IMG/VR virus record: IMGVR_UViG_3300035698_010466
Span: 26,936 to 90,935 of that record
Direction: 5' to 3' (one strand)
Length of the DNA: 64,000 nt
Source: a virus
Shown: piece after piece, positions 25,792-37,496 of the stretch
Position numbering within the stretch: position 1 is the stretch's first letter
How the letters are laid out: every line of letters begins with the position of its first letter
Notes under the pieces: model-generated
Database searches by the model: none
What the model was told of the DNA's origin: nothing
The model's input: only the letters and a program-made list of their open reading frames with translations
Translations under genes and position numbers: made by a program

Positions 25792-27142
25792 ATGAATAAT
25801 TTTTATATATATGTGTATTTAAACCCATTTAAAAAAATTAAATATATTACATCAGCGCGTTCATTTGAATATGAACCAATTTATGTTGGTAAAGGAAAAT
25901 AACCGAATTTTTGATCATATAACACCTAGTTATTTAAAAATTAATAATCATAGATATCATTTACTAAATAAAATAATTAATGAAGTTGGTTTAGATTATT
26001 ATAAAGAAAATTTTATTATTAAGATTAAAGATAATTTAATCGAAGATAACGCGTTAAAATTAGAATATGATATAATGTATGAATTAGGAACATTTTATGA
26101 TATACACCCTTTAATTAAAAATGGCCCTTTATTAAATTTTATGTTATGTGGAGTTAAAAATCCTATTTTATATGGTAATAAAAATCCAAAGTATAATAGA
26201 TCTTATTTAGATGTCTGGAAAGAAAAATACCCATTAATAATTTACAATAACATGCTCGAAGATCATAAAAAGATATTATCTAATGCTGGTAAAAAATATT
26301 GGAATACTTTAAATGAAGGTGATTATAAAAAAAGATGTGAAACCATTAAAAAAAATGTAAACGAATATTGGAATAACTTAAGTGAAGATGAATATGAGAA
26401 TGTCATAAGACAACGAACAAATAATTTTAAAAATTTTTATAAAAAATATAAAACATTTAAAAATTATTATATTGAAAAATTTGGATTAGTAGAGGGGTTA
26501 CAGAAAGAAGCTGAACGAAATATGAGTATTAGTATAGGTATACTTAATTTTTGGAAAAATGCATCTGATGATTTTAAAAATAAACATAAACTAAATTCTT
26601 ATAAAGGTCTCAAGATTTTCTTTGATAATTATTATAGTGTTGATAATTATCAATTACAGAAATTAGGACATGCTGAATTTAAAAAATATAAAGTAAAACT
26701 TAGCAAAAAACAATCAAATTCACAAAAATTAAGATGGCAAAATATAACAGAATATGAAAAAACAATAATGTCTAATAAGAAAAAACAACAATATAAAAAT
26801 TTTATTAATACACTGTCTAACGAAGAATATTTGGAATATAAAAAAAGTATATCAGGCAAAAATAATCCAATGTATGGCAAAGGTGATTTAGTAAAGGGTA
26901 ATAAAAACGGTAGAGCTACACAATGGATTATTCATATGCCTACCGGTGAAAAATATTTTTGTGATGGGAGTTTTAAAAGATTTTGTAAGGATATTTTACG
27001 AAAATATAAACCACAACCTCATAGAAAATATTTAATGGAAATATTAAATACAAATGAACCTATTAATGGTTGGTATTTTAAAAAAATTAATAAAAATATT
27101 GATCAAAATATTGATAAAAAAAAATATATCATTTATGAATAG
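25792..27142 (+). mobile_element. free-standing GIY-YIG homing endonuclease inside fractured phoH (frameshift near 25900)
   Basis: ATG at 25792: FYIYVYLNP...EPIYVGKG, continuing in ORF 25865-27142 with NUMOD3-like GKNNPMYGK. Confidence 0.75.
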
Positions 27143-27533
27143 TATTAAAATAAAAAAAATAACAATTATCGATGATCCAGTGTTAAGATATTCAGTAAAT
27201 GTACAGGATAATCATAATTATATATCAACTGGAAATTTATTATCAAAAAATTGTATAATTGTAGATGAAGCACAAAATGTTACAAATGACCAAATGGAAA
27301 TGATTGTTACAAGAGTAGGGCTAAGATCTAAAATGGTCATATGTGGAGATGATGGGCAAGTAGATTTAAAAAATAGAAAAGATTCAGGTTTTAAATTTTT
27401 ATATAAATGCTCTTCTAAGATTAAAAATTTAGAAGCAATTACTTTATTACAAAATCATAGAGATCCTATTGTAGATGATCTTATTGATGTTTATAATGAA
27501 GAATATGAAAAAAGAAATGGTAAAAATAAATAA
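27135..27533 (+). CDS. phoH: split intein C-fragment (39 aa) fused to PhoH C-terminal part
   Basis: MNSIKIKKI...VQDNHNY...LSKN|CIIVDEAQN...ICGD..QVDL. Confidence 0.9.
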   Translation: MNSIKIKKITIIDDPVLRYSVNVQDNHNYISTGNLLSKNCIIVDEAQNVTNDQMEMIVTRVGLRSKMVICGDDGQVDLKNRKDSGFKFLYKCSSKIKNLEAITLLQNHRDPIVDDLIDVYNEEYEKRNGKNK

Positions 27534-28479
27534 AGAAATTATGTGGCTTAAATTTGGTTCAAAAGGAAATGATGTAAAAACATTACAAAAATTTTTAGGT
27601 ATAAGTATCGATGGAATATTTGGTAAAAAAACAGAAAATCATGTAATGCATTGGCAAAGAGATCATATGTTAAAAGATGATGGAATTGTTGGTAATATTA
27701 CATGGAAGTCTATGATGGTATCAGCAACAACAGATTTACAAGAAAATCAAAATCATAATTTTCTTATTCATAAATATCATTTATCTGATGATGAATATCT
27801 TAAAGCAAATATTAAACCTTTGTGGATTTTTATACATCATACCGCCGGTTGGGATAATCCATATACTACAATTAAAGATTGGGAAACTGATTCACGAGGT
27901 CCGGTTGGAGTTAAATATGTTATAGGTGGAAAATCTGTAAAGGGTGGTACACCAAAATATGATGGGGAAATTGTCGAAGCAATACCTGATGAAAACTGGG
28001 CTTGGCATTTAGGTATAGGTACTACTAATATGCATAAAAATTCAATAGGAATCGAATTATGTAATTTTGGTTATTTAGAACTTGGTGGATATCATAAGTA
28101 TGATAATAAAACACGAAAGAAAATATGGATTCCTAAAGATTCTAATAAGTATTATACATATGTAGGTACTATTGTTGTTAAAAGTGAAGTTGTTGAATTA
28201 GATAAACCTTTTAAAGGATATAAGTATTGGCATCGATATTCAGATAATCAAATTAAATCACTCAAAGAATTATTATTATGGTTAATTGATCATTATAATA
28301 TAGACATCTCATTCAGTTTACCTCAAATGATAGTACAACATGGCGATGAAGCATTCGATTTTAATAACGATGTACTTAAAGGGAGTGTTAAAGGCATCTT
28401 TTCTCATTCAAACGTGCGTCATGATAAGGTTGATATTTTTCCACAAAAGGAAATGAAAGATATGTTAATGAGTTTATAA
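27517..28479 (+). CDS. endolysin: peptidoglycan-binding domain plus Amidase_2
   Basis: GSKGNDVKTLQ...DGIFGKKT...DGIVG; IHHTAG, AWHLG, SIGIELC, SHSNVRHDKVD; start uncertain (27475/27517/27541). Confidence 0.88.
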   Translation: MVKINKEIMWLKFGSKGNDVKTLQKFLGISIDGIFGKKTENHVMHWQRDHMLKDDGIVGNITWKSMMVSATTDLQENQNHNFLIHKYHLSDDEYLKANIKPLWIFIHHTAGWDNPYTTIKDWETDSRGPVGVKYVIGGKSVKGGTPKYDGEIVEAIPDENWAWHLGIGTTNMHKNSIGIELCNFGYLELGGYHKYDNKTRKKIWIPKDSNKYYTYVGTIVVKSEVVELDKPFKGYKYWHRYSDNQIKSLKELLLWLIDHYNIDISFSLPQMIVQHGDEAFDFNNDVLKGSVKGIFSHSNVRHDKVDIFPQKEMKDMLMSL

Positions 28480-28552
28480 TGAATAAAATAATTAAATAAT
28501 ATGAAACTAATTAATGGTTTGATTATATAAAAATAAAATAAAAATTATAATT

Positions 28553-28828
28553 ATGACAAATAATCAAGTTCCAGATGAATTAAATGCTTCGCAAGCTATT
28601 AATGTATTAATACAAGCTGTTAGAATTGGTCAATCTAAAGGGGCATTTACTATAGAAGATGCTGAATTGATTGGAAAGGCAATTAAATTATTTAATCCTC
28701 CAGCTGATGGGGATACTCAAACCGATCCTGCTATGAATGAAACTCCGGAAGCTCCATCATCTACTAAGCCAATAGTAAAAAAAACTGCTCTTAAACAAGT
28801 AAAGACACCTACTAAAAATAAGAAATAG
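28553..28828 (+). CDS. hypothetical protein
   Basis: ORF between a promoter motif and a hairpin. Confidence 0.7.
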   Translation: MTNNQVPDELNASQAINVLIQAVRIGQSKGAFTIEDAELIGKAIKLFNPPADGDTQTDPAMNETPEAPSSTKPIVKKTALKQVKTPTKNKK

Positions 28829-28890
28829 AATTAATTTTTGATATTATGAATTAGGAGAGGATATATTAATATATTCTCTTTCCTATTTGT

Positions 28891-30411
28891 ATGAATATAT
28901 ATATAAAATTAACTATAATGACAAAGAAGCTGATTAGAAAATTGAATTTACGTACAGTTACTTCATATGTTCCTAAAAATGCAAAGGTAAATATAAAAGT
29001 AAAACATATAAAAACAGCTAAACCTTCTACAGCTAAACCTTCTACAGAAAATGCAAAAATTAAAACTGTCATGTATAATAAAACTTCTATAAATTTACCT
29101 AGACGAAGAAGTAATAGAGTATTTATTATTGGTGGTGGTCCTAGTGTATCAAATTTTGATATAACTTCATTAGTAAATGAAGAAACTATTTGTATAAACA
29201 AATCAATTGACATTATACCTAATCCTACATATTTTATTACTATGGATTATAGTTTTTTTGGTAAAATTAATTCTAGTATAAAATCAATTACAAGTAAAGC
29301 AAAATATAGTTACTTTATTCTTAATCGTGAACATTCTTTTATAAAAATTGAAAAAGGTATAGTTAGAGATACTAGAATTAACATGGTTTATAGAAATATA
29401 CATAATTTTACGAATGTTATAGAATCATTTAGAAGCTCAAATGATGGAAAATTTGGATTAGACGTTAAGCATTTTTCTCATGGGTCTAATAGTGGATTTT
29501 GTGCTATACAGCTTGCATTGTTATTAGGCTATGAAGAGATATATCTTGTTGGTTTTGATTTAACAACAGAAGGTCATAAAACTCATTATCATGATGCATA
29601 TCAAGAACGTGAAGTACACTTTAAAAGGAAATTAGATAGTTATAAACAATCATTAGAAACTGCAATTAATCACCTAGATAAAAAGAACTCCCGAATTTTT
29701 ACATTAACAGATTCTCCAGTTATAATTAAGATTGTGCCTAAGATAAATATTGCCGATTTAAGTAACACTAAACAAAGTATAATTAAATCTCAAAATAAAC
29801 CTTCACAAATGTCTAAGTTAAATAATTTAATGATAGTTGCATATTATACATTAAATACTCCATATGAACAAGAAGCAAATAAATTAAAAACATCTTTAGA
29901 TAAATTAGGTTTACATTATGATATTGTAGGCGTCCAGAATTTAGGTAATTGGCAAGCGAATACTCGATTTAAAGCTAAATTTATGGAGGATATGCTAGTA
30001 AAACATAAGAATAAAAATTTATTATATGTTGACGCTGATGCTATATTTCATAGTGTACCAGTATTATTTGAAAATTATGACTGTGATATTGGAGTTAGAT
30101 GGCAAGACTTTAGATGGAGAAAAAATGAATGTCTAAGTGGTACGATTTATATGGCTAATAATCAAACGACATTAGACTTATGTAAAAAATGGCAGAACAT
30201 TAATGTTAGGGAAGGTAATAAAGCTAAAACATTTGAACAATGGAATCTTGGTAAAGTTATTGAAGAAATGCGGAATAAAGGTAAATTAAAAGATAAAAAT
30301 TTACCACCAGAGTATACATTTATTTTTGATAGTATGAAAAAAATGTATCCCAATATTAAACCAATTATTGAACATTTTCAAGCAAGTAGAAGGCTTCGCA
30401 ATCAAGTGTAA
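28891..30411 (+). CDS. two-domain glycan enzyme (DUF115/Maf-like plus GT-A)
   Basis: IIGGGPS, NSGFCAIQLA..LG...IYLVGFD; LYVDAD. Confidence 0.75.
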   Translation: MNIYIKLTIMTKKLIRKLNLRTVTSYVPKNAKVNIKVKHIKTAKPSTAKPSTENAKIKTVMYNKTSINLPRRRSNRVFIIGGGPSVSNFDITSLVNEETICINKSIDIIPNPTYFITMDYSFFGKINSSIKSITSKAKYSYFILNREHSFIKIEKGIVRDTRINMVYRNIHNFTNVIESFRSSNDGKFGLDVKHFSHGSNSGFCAIQLALLLGYEEIYLVGFDLTTEGHKTHYHDAYQEREVHFKRKLDSYKQSLETAINHLDKKNSRIFTLTDSPVIIKIVPKINIADLSNTKQSIIKSQNKPSQMSKLNNLMIVAYYTLNTPYEQEANKLKTSLDKLGLHYDIVGVQNLGNWQANTRFKAKFMEDMLVKHKNKNLLYVDADAIFHSVPVLFENYDCDIGVRWQDFRWRKNECLSGTIYMANNQTTLDLCKKWQNINVREGNKAKTFEQWNLGKVIEEMRNKGKLKDKNLPPEYTFIFDSMKKMYPNIKPIIEHFQASRRLRNQV

Positions 30412-30435
30412 ATATAACTAAAATAAGGTATAAAC

Positions 30436-31176
30436 GTGAAAGAAGCTATTAATTATAGAGTAACAATACTTATTCCAACATATAATAGGGCAAATTTAAT
30501 TAATAGAACTATTGAAAATTGTTTTGAACAAACATTCAAAAAGTTTAAGATTATAATTTATGATGATGGGAGTACTGATGATACCGCTATTATTATTAAG
30601 AAATTACAAATTAAATATCCTAATAGAATTAAATACATTAAAGGTAAAATTAACAATGGAGTAGGATTTTCTAGAAATATATTGCTTAAAAATTTAACTA
30701 CGGAATATGGAGTTTGGCTTGATAGTGATGATATCATGGATTCCAATAGGCTTTATAAATGTATAAAATATATGAATAGGCATAAAGATGTGTCAATTGT
30801 ATATTCATATATTAGTAGATTTACTGAAATTGATGGAATTTTTACAACTAAAGGATCTGAAATAAAACTTGACACATCTAAATTTGATAAGACAGATTAT
30901 AATAGTTTAAAATCTAATACAACTTGTGCAACCGCATTCTTTAGAAATACTATAAAGAATGTAGAAATAGAACTATTAAGATATGGTAGTGAAGATGTCC
31001 TATGGCTATGGAAAATTTTAAATATGAATATTAAAGTTGGACAGATATCAGAATCTTTATATTTTTATAGAGTTCATAATGATAGACTAGGTATAGAAAA
31101 ACGAACAAAAACTGAGAAAAAAAGGTTAGAAGATATTATCATTTTTGAAAAAATAAATGAATATAGAAATGGATAA
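30436..31176 (+). CDS. GT2 glycosyltransferase
   Basis: LIPTYNR, DDGSTD, LDSDD, SED. Confidence 0.92.
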   Translation: MKEAINYRVTILIPTYNRANLINRTIENCFEQTFKKFKIIIYDDGSTDDTAIIIKKLQIKYPNRIKYIKGKINNGVGFSRNILLKNLTTEYGVWLDSDDIMDSNRLYKCIKYMNRHKDVSIVYSYISRFTEIDGIFTTKGSEIKLDTSKFDKTDYNSLKSNTTCATAFFRNTIKNVEIELLRYGSEDVLWLWKILNMNIKVGQISESLYFYRVHNDRLGIEKRTKTEKKRLEDIIIFEKINEYRNG

Positions 31177-31960
31177 GATTTATGCTAGATGGTATAAGCA
31201 TACTCCGAATTGGGGAGATGCTTTAAATAAAGTAATGATAGAAAAAATCTCAGGTAAAACTGCTACATGGATTAATACTAACGATGGTAACATTATTGAA
31301 AAATATATTGTGTTAGGCAGTATACTCCAATGGGCTGATGAACATACTATTATTTGGGGACCAGGATTTATTGCTGATGATAGAAGGTTATCAAAGAAGC
31401 CTAAAAAGATTTGCGCAGTTCGTGGGCCTTTAACTAGAGATATTATATTAAAACAGGGATATGATTGTCCTGAGGTTTATGGCGATCCTGCTTTACTTTA
31501 TCCAAGATTTTATAATCCTAAAAATATTAAAAAGAAACATAAGATTGGAATAATTCCTCATTATATTGATGCCGATTGTGCATGGATCAACAGATTAAAG
31601 AAACATGATATTAAGATCATAAATATATTAGATCCTATTAATAAAGTGGTTGATGAAATTTTAGAATGCGAAAGAATAGCAACAAGTTCATTACATGGTA
31701 TTATTGCTGCTGATGCGTATGGCATACCATCAACATGGATAAAATTATCAGATAAAGTATTAGGTGATGGTTTTAAATTTAGAGATTATTTTATGTCAGT
31801 AGGCAGAAAGGATAGAAATCCATTAGTCGTTAGTGAACATACATCATTAAAAAAGGTACATGCTCAGTTTTATGAATATACGATAGCTATTGATTTAGAT
31901 AAATTATGGAAAGCATGTACCCTTTTAAAAAATAAGAATATGAAAAAACGACACAATTAA
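31169..31960 (+). CDS. polysaccharide pyruvyl transferase
   Basis: NWGDALN, AVRGPLTR, GDPALL, SSLHGII, FKFRDY. Confidence 0.9.
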   Translation: MDKIYARWYKHTPNWGDALNKVMIEKISGKTATWINTNDGNIIEKYIVLGSILQWADEHTIIWGPGFIADDRRLSKKPKKICAVRGPLTRDIILKQGYDCPEVYGDPALLYPRFYNPKNIKKKHKIGIIPHYIDADCAWINRLKKHDIKIINILDPINKVVDEILECERIATSSLHGIIAADAYGIPSTWIKLSDKVLGDGFKFRDYFMSVGRKDRNPLVVSEHTSLKKVHAQFYEYTIAIDLDKLWKACTLLKNKNMKKRHN

Positions 31961-33596
31961 TAAAATAAGAATAAATTTTTCACATCATTATACCCGACAT
32001 ATTTTAAAAGCTTTAAAAACTACAGGCGGAGATATTGAACATGATCCTAATATTCCACCTGAATTTATATATGTTAATGATGAGCTTGTTGGATACATTG
32101 CATGGTGGGATTCTCTTAAATTTACATCCGCAAATCTTAAAGCAATGGGGGAAAATGATTTTAAAATAATTTTTAAATTTCATTATAGTCCTAATGTTAT
32201 GGATTATTCAATATATGGTAAATATGAAGATAGAATAGTTCCATGTGGATTATGGCGGACTTGGGAAACTGATGATCCTAATTATAAATGGGATAAGAAT
32301 AATATAATGGAAAGACCAAGACCTATTGATGTTACTGCTCAAATGAGACATATTAATAATAATAAAAAATGGTACCCATGGTCGCATATTAGATTAAAAC
32401 TTAAGAACCTTGCTAAAGCTATGAATGATAAGGGATTTAATACTTCATTTAAAATAATAGATAGAAAGGTTTATGAAAAAAAATTATTAGATACAAATAC
32501 GGCATTCATCTGGAGTGCGACAGCATACTTAGGTTGGAAGATATGTGAATTTTTGGAACAAGGTGTCATAATGATAACTGAACCGCTAGGTAAAGATTAT
32601 CCTTTATGTAATGGCGTTGTACTAGAGGATGATGTACATTGCGTATTTTGTAATGATCCTGACCAATTTGAAAATGTTGCTAAACAATTATTAGCAGACC
32701 CAAATAGAATAAAGAGAATAAGAAAAAATATTTTAGATCTTTGGGAAGATAAACTAACACAATCACATATTGGAAATTGGTATATGAATAAAATTATAGA
32801 AACTTATGAAGATCTTAAATTGGAGCCTGTTATAAATATTTCATGGTGGAATAAAAATGGTAAAAATTGGGGAGATGCCCTTAATCCTATTTTAGCTCGA
32901 TATATATCCGGTAAACAAATTAATTGGATTAAGACAGGTGATTCTAGTGATGTATCACGATTTTATTGTATAGGAAGTATTTTACAATCAACTATGTCTA
33001 AGAATAGTGAAATATGGGGGACAGGATTAATGAGAGCTGAACATAAAATAAAAGTTAAACCTAAAAAGATACACGCAGTAAGAGGGCCTTTAACTAGAAA
33101 AAGTCTAATTGAACAAGGAATTGAATGTCCTGAAGTTTATGGAGATCCTGCCTTACTATATCCACGATTTTATAATCCTGATATAGAAAAACAATATAAG
33201 TGGGGAATCATACCACATTATATAGATCAGAAAGTACCATGGTTAGATAGATTCAAAAATATGGAAAATGTTAAAATTATAAACATATTAGATCCTATCA
33301 ATAAAGTAGTAGATGAAGTAAAGAGTTGTGAATTAATCATATCAAGCACCCTTCATGGAATCATAATAGGTGATGCTTATGATATACCTTCTAAATGGAT
33401 TTTACTTTCGAACAAAGTTGGTGGTGGTGGTTTTAAATTTAGAGATTATTTTGCATCTGTAAAAAGAACTGATGCCGAACCTATTATATGTAAACCTGAT
33501 CTTAGATTAAAAGATATTGAACGCCAATTTGTTGATTATAAAATAGACATTGATTTAGATTTACTTTATAAGTCATGTCCATTTAAACGTAAATAA
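31940..33596 (+). CDS. GT-like domain fused to polysaccharide pyruvyl transferase (start upstream of 32145, homopolymer frameshift)
   Basis: Frame is open from ~31950; C-terminal half is paralogous to the upstream gene. Confidence 0.8.
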
Positions 33597-33603
33597 ATTA
33601 ATA

Positions 33604-34377
33604 ATGATAATAGATGATTACTTAAATATAAATGTTAATATTGAAGCTGCTTTATCTTTAATTAAAGATAAAATAGTAAACAAAATTCCTTTTGCTTTCA
33701 CGAGATATGGTGATGGGGAAATTCGTATATTAAATAATAGAGGTAATATAGAATTTAAACATAGAATAGCAAAAAGATATTCATACGCAAACGAAAATTG
33801 GTCTGCTGCTTATAAAGATGCTAGAAATATTTTAGTAGATACATTAAATCATTCAGATTTAATAGGTTTATTTGATAATAATGGTATACTTAAAGGTAAA
33901 ATGAAAGTAAATAAACATGATTGGTCACTTAAGAAAACACATCTAAAAAGTTTAGGTATACATAATGTAGATAATTTTATGATTTGTGATCATCAATTAC
34001 CTAGAGGAAAATCTTTAGGAAATATTTATCAATTTAAAAAGATTTTAAATGGTAATAGTCTTTGTATAATTTCCCCACATACAGATAAATTACAAAAAAA
34101 TATTGGGACAATATTAGAAGCTGATGTAAGTTATATGAAGTGGCCTATGCCTTTAAATATTAAAAATAGAATTCATTTATTTAAAGAATTAGATAATATA
34201 AAATCTGATGTAGTTATTTTTGGAGTAAGCCAAGGTGGGAAGGATATTGGAACATATCTCAAAACTCATGGAAAGGTTTGCCTTGATTTTGGTGCAACAT
34301 TAGATGGGTGGGCTGGCATCATTTCTAGGAAGTGGTTTAATTCCGATGGGGTTCAACATCATTGTGTAATAAAATAA
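33604..34377 (+). CDS. GT-D fold-like glycosyltransferase
   Basis: FTRYGDGE; CLDFGATLD. Confidence 0.7.
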   Translation: MIIDDYLNINVNIEAALSLIKDKIVNKIPFAFTRYGDGEIRILNNRGNIEFKHRIAKRYSYANENWSAAYKDARNILVDTLNHSDLIGLFDNNGILKGKMKVNKHDWSLKKTHLKSLGIHNVDNFMICDHQLPRGKSLGNIYQFKKILNGNSLCIISPHTDKLQKNIGTILEADVSYMKWPMPLNIKNRIHLFKELDNIKSDVVIFGVSQGGKDIGTYLKTHGKVCLDFGATLDGWAGIISRKWFNSDGVQHHCVIK

Positions 34378-34385
34378 TTTAAAAT

Positions 34386-35228
34386 ATGTTTTTTATATTA
34401 GGAAATCCTAGATCAGGTACAACATTACTTAGAGTAATATTACATTCTCATGAGAACATAATTGTTCCACCTGAATGTGGATTTTTAACCTGGCTTTATA
34501 AAGATTATTATGATTGGACTAAAAATGATAGTAGATTATATTCATTTATAGATGATTTGAAAGCTGCTAAAAAAATGGAAACTTGGTCATATGACTATAA
34601 TTTATTTAAAGAAAATGCTTTGTTGCTGAATCCTAAAAACTACGCTGAATTAGCAACAATTGTATACGAATCATACGCTGAACATTTAGGTAAAAATAAA
34701 GTTACATTAATTGGTGATAAGAATAATTATTATATAGATGAACCTGAAATATTATATGAAATTTATAACGATGCTAAGTTTATCCATTTAATTAGAGATG
34801 GTAGAGATGTTGCATGTTCATATAAAGAATTAAATTCAAGGAAAGTAGATGAAAATTATTACCCAAATCTTCCAAATGAAATAGCAGAAATTTCTAAAGA
34901 TTGGAATAAAAATTTATCTACTATAAATAATTTTTTTACAAAGTCTGGTTGTAATTATATTGAAATAAGATATACTGATTTAATATGTGATACTGAAAAT
35001 ACATTAAATGATATATGTAAATTTCTTGATATTGATTATGATGTTAAAATGTTAAATTATACTGATGATAAAACAGAGCCATCAAATTTCGATAGTTGGA
35101 AAGGTAACATTAAGAAACCGATTTTTAACAATGTTGGTAGATTTAAAATGGAATTAACAAAGGATGAAATTTCATTATTTGAATCTTTTTCATTGCAATA
35201 TTTACAACAATATAATTTTATAAAATAA
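34386..35228 (+). CDS. sulfotransferase
   Basis: GNPRSGTTLL (5'-PSB) and IRDGRDVACS (3'-PB). Confidence 0.92.
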   Translation: MFFILGNPRSGTTLLRVILHSHENIIVPPECGFLTWLYKDYYDWTKNDSRLYSFIDDLKAAKKMETWSYDYNLFKENALLLNPKNYAELATIVYESYAEHLGKNKVTLIGDKNNYYIDEPEILYEIYNDAKFIHLIRDGRDVACSYKELNSRKVDENYYPNLPNEIAEISKDWNKNLSTINNFFTKSGCNYIEIRYTDLICDTENTLNDICKFLDIDYDVKMLNYTDDKTEPSNFDSWKGNIKKPIFNNVGRFKMELTKDEISLFESFSLQYLQQYNFIK

Positions 35229-35238
35229 AACAATAATA

Positions 35239-35823
35239 ATGAACATTAACAACGAGATAAAAACCGATAATCAATTTAATTTTTCTGGTTTTTATAAGCA
35301 GATAGTTGAAGAAAATCCAAAATTTAAACGGTTTATAGAAATTGGGGTATATAAAGGGCATTCTATTACATACTTAGGACAACTTTTGCTCAATAGATCA
35401 GACGCTGAATTATACGCAGTTGATTTATGGGATGATAGTTATATTTGGAATGATGATTTTAGTAAATTACCAAATAATTATAAAAAATATAAACAAGAAA
35501 TAAAACCTTATTTATTTGAGATTTATAAAGCACATTTAAAACTTAAAGGGTTGGATAAATTCATACAAACAATTAAAGGATTTTCCGATAAAGTTGCTGT
35601 ATATTTTACTGATGAATATTTTGATTTTGTATTTATCGATGCTGATCATACTTATGATCAGGTAAAAAAGGATATACTTGCATGGTTACCAAAAGTTAAA
35701 TCTGGTGGGATTATTGCAGGTCATGATTATGGAAATAAAGGAACTGGCGTTAAACGCGCGGTAGATGAAATATTTACAAAAACTGAACATTTTAAAAATG
35801 TATGGTATAAAAAAATAAAATAA
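35239..35823 (+). CDS. class I SAM methyltransferase (Methyltransf_24-like)
   Basis: EIGVYKG, FIDADHTY, GGIIAGHDY. Confidence 0.9.
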   Translation: MNINNEIKTDNQFNFSGFYKQIVEENPKFKRFIEIGVYKGHSITYLGQLLLNRSDAELYAVDLWDDSYIWNDDFSKLPNNYKKYKQEIKPYLFEIYKAHLKLKGLDKFIQTIKGFSDKVAVYFTDEYFDFVFIDADHTYDQVKKDILAWLPKVKSGGIIAGHDYGNKGTGVKRAVDEIFTKTEHFKNVWYKKIK

Positions 35824-35825
35824 AT

Positions 35826-36455
35826 ATGGCTAACGGAATTTATAAAATAACAGAAGACTTTGAAAAGGCAATAGGTAAGTATACAGGTGCTCCTTATGTC
35901 GTAAGTGTAGATAATGCATCTAATGCAATTTTTTTATCTTTAATGTATGAAAATATTACCGGTAAAGAAATTACAATACCTGCTAGAACATACCCATCAG
36001 TACCATGTGAAATTATTCATGCAGGTGGGACTGTTAAATTTGATGAATTAAAAGAAACTCATATAACTGGAGCATATCAAATAAAACCAACAAAGGTATG
36101 GGATTCGGCACTAAGATTTACTACGAATATGTATATTCATGATACTCATATGTGTCTTTCATTTACAGGTCCGTATAAACATTTTAAATTATCTAAAGGT
36201 GGTGCAATATTAACAGATTCATTAGATGCATATAATTGGTTTAAACGAGCAAGATATAGTGGCAGAAAAGAATGTTCATATCATGATGATGATTTTGATA
36301 TGTTGGGTTGGAATTTTTATATGATGCCGGAATTAGCAGCTAGAGGATTATTACTTATGAATCAATTTTATAATAGTGATGGTTCTCCAAAACATAATGA
36401 AGATTTGACTTTAAAATATCCTGATTTATCAAAATTTAAAATATATAGTACTTAA
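35826..36455 (+). CDS. short DegT/DnrJ-family PLP sugar aminotransferase
   Basis: FEKAIGKY, WDSA, CLSF..YKH...KGGAILT, GWNFYM. Confidence 0.8.
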   Translation: MANGIYKITEDFEKAIGKYTGAPYVVSVDNASNAIFLSLMYENITGKEITIPARTYPSVPCEIIHAGGTVKFDELKETHITGAYQIKPTKVWDSALRFTTNMYIHDTHMCLSFTGPYKHFKLSKGGAILTDSLDAYNWFKRARYSGRKECSYHDDDFDMLGWNFYMMPELAARGLLLMNQFYNSDGSPKHNEDLTLKYPDLSKFKIYST

Positions 36456-36509
36456 AATTAACATTAAACAAATTAAATAATTTAAGTATAAATATAAATA
36501 AGAAATTAT

Positions 36510-36800
36510 ATGAATCAACAAAATATTGATTTAACTAAAACAACCGCAGTAACATGCGAAGAATGTGGGTCTGTTAAATTCAGACCATTTTTCTTTATAA
36601 GAAAATTAAGTAGGTTTGTATCTCCTGATGGAAAAGATACAGTTATTCCTATAGATTCATTAGAATGTGCAAAATGTGGACATGTCAATAAAGAGTTCAC
36701 ACCTAACATTCCAGATATCTATGGCACATATGAATCTGGACAAAAGGTAGTTAAAGAAGAACCAAAAACTGAAAGTAAAATTACATTAGAAAACAAATAA
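36510..36800 (+). CDS. zinc-ribbon protein
   Basis: CEECG ... CAKCGH. Confidence 0.75.
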   Translation: MNQQNIDLTKTTAVTCEECGSVKFRPFFFIRKLSRFVSPDGKDTVIPIDSLECAKCGHVNKEFTPNIPDIYGTYESGQKVVKEEPKTESKITLENK

Positions 36801-36811
36801 ATTTATAAAAA

Positions 36812-37396
36812 ATGGTTAAAGTAGAAAAGAAAGAAATAGAAGCACCTAAAGTGGTGTATAAAAAAAGCGAAGTATTAAAGGAACATAAAGAAGTTTCTGA
36901 AGCTAATGATAAACTCATTAAAGTTTCACAAGAAACTGAATATGAAATTACTTTAAAGAACAAAAAGATTTTTGATAGACTTATTAAGTTTTTAGAAAAG
37001 GATGCTCCATGGGGACATACCACAGCAACAGGTTTGATTATGTTATTTAATAACATGGCAGAACAGAGAAAAGTAACTCAAGATAAAGATTGGAATGGAA
37101 TTTTAAAACTTCGTTCTGCAAGTATTTCAATACTTTGGACAATGATTACTAAAATGACAGGTGCAGGATTTTATGAAGCAAGAACATTTGTAGAATTAAT
37201 GGCTATTTGTGGTGAAAGTTTATCAAAAGCAGTTCAAACTGTAAGTGAAAGTCATACTGCTATCAGAGAATTACATCAAAGACTTGCTACGTTGGATGAT
37301 TTAATTGATAATCCTGATACAATCAATGATGTCGAAGAAACTGAAGAAACTACTAAATCTTTAGCTGAAGAAGTTGATCCTATAGTAGAAGCATAA
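36812..37396 (+). CDS. hypothetical protein
   Basis: ORF followed by a terminator. Confidence 0.75.
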   Translation: MVKVEKKEIEAPKVVYKKSEVLKEHKEVSEANDKLIKVSQETEYEITLKNKKIFDRLIKFLEKDAPWGHTTATGLIMLFNNMAEQRKVTQDKDWNGILKLRSASISILWTMITKMTGAGFYEARTFVELMAICGESLSKAVQTVSESHTAIRELHQRLATLDDLIDNPDTINDVEETEETTKSLAEEVDPIVEA

Positions 37397-37417
37397 TAAA
37401 AATAATAATTTGAACTT

Positions 37418-37446
37418 AGAGGGACTATTTTGTAGTCTCTTTTTTG
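37418..37446 (+). terminator. intrinsic terminator
   Basis: AGAGGGACTA/TAGTCTCTTT stem plus U-tract. Confidence 0.75.
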
Positions 37447-37496
37447 TTGCTAAATATTTATTGAATAAATAATAAAAATATAAACTATTTTAAATT

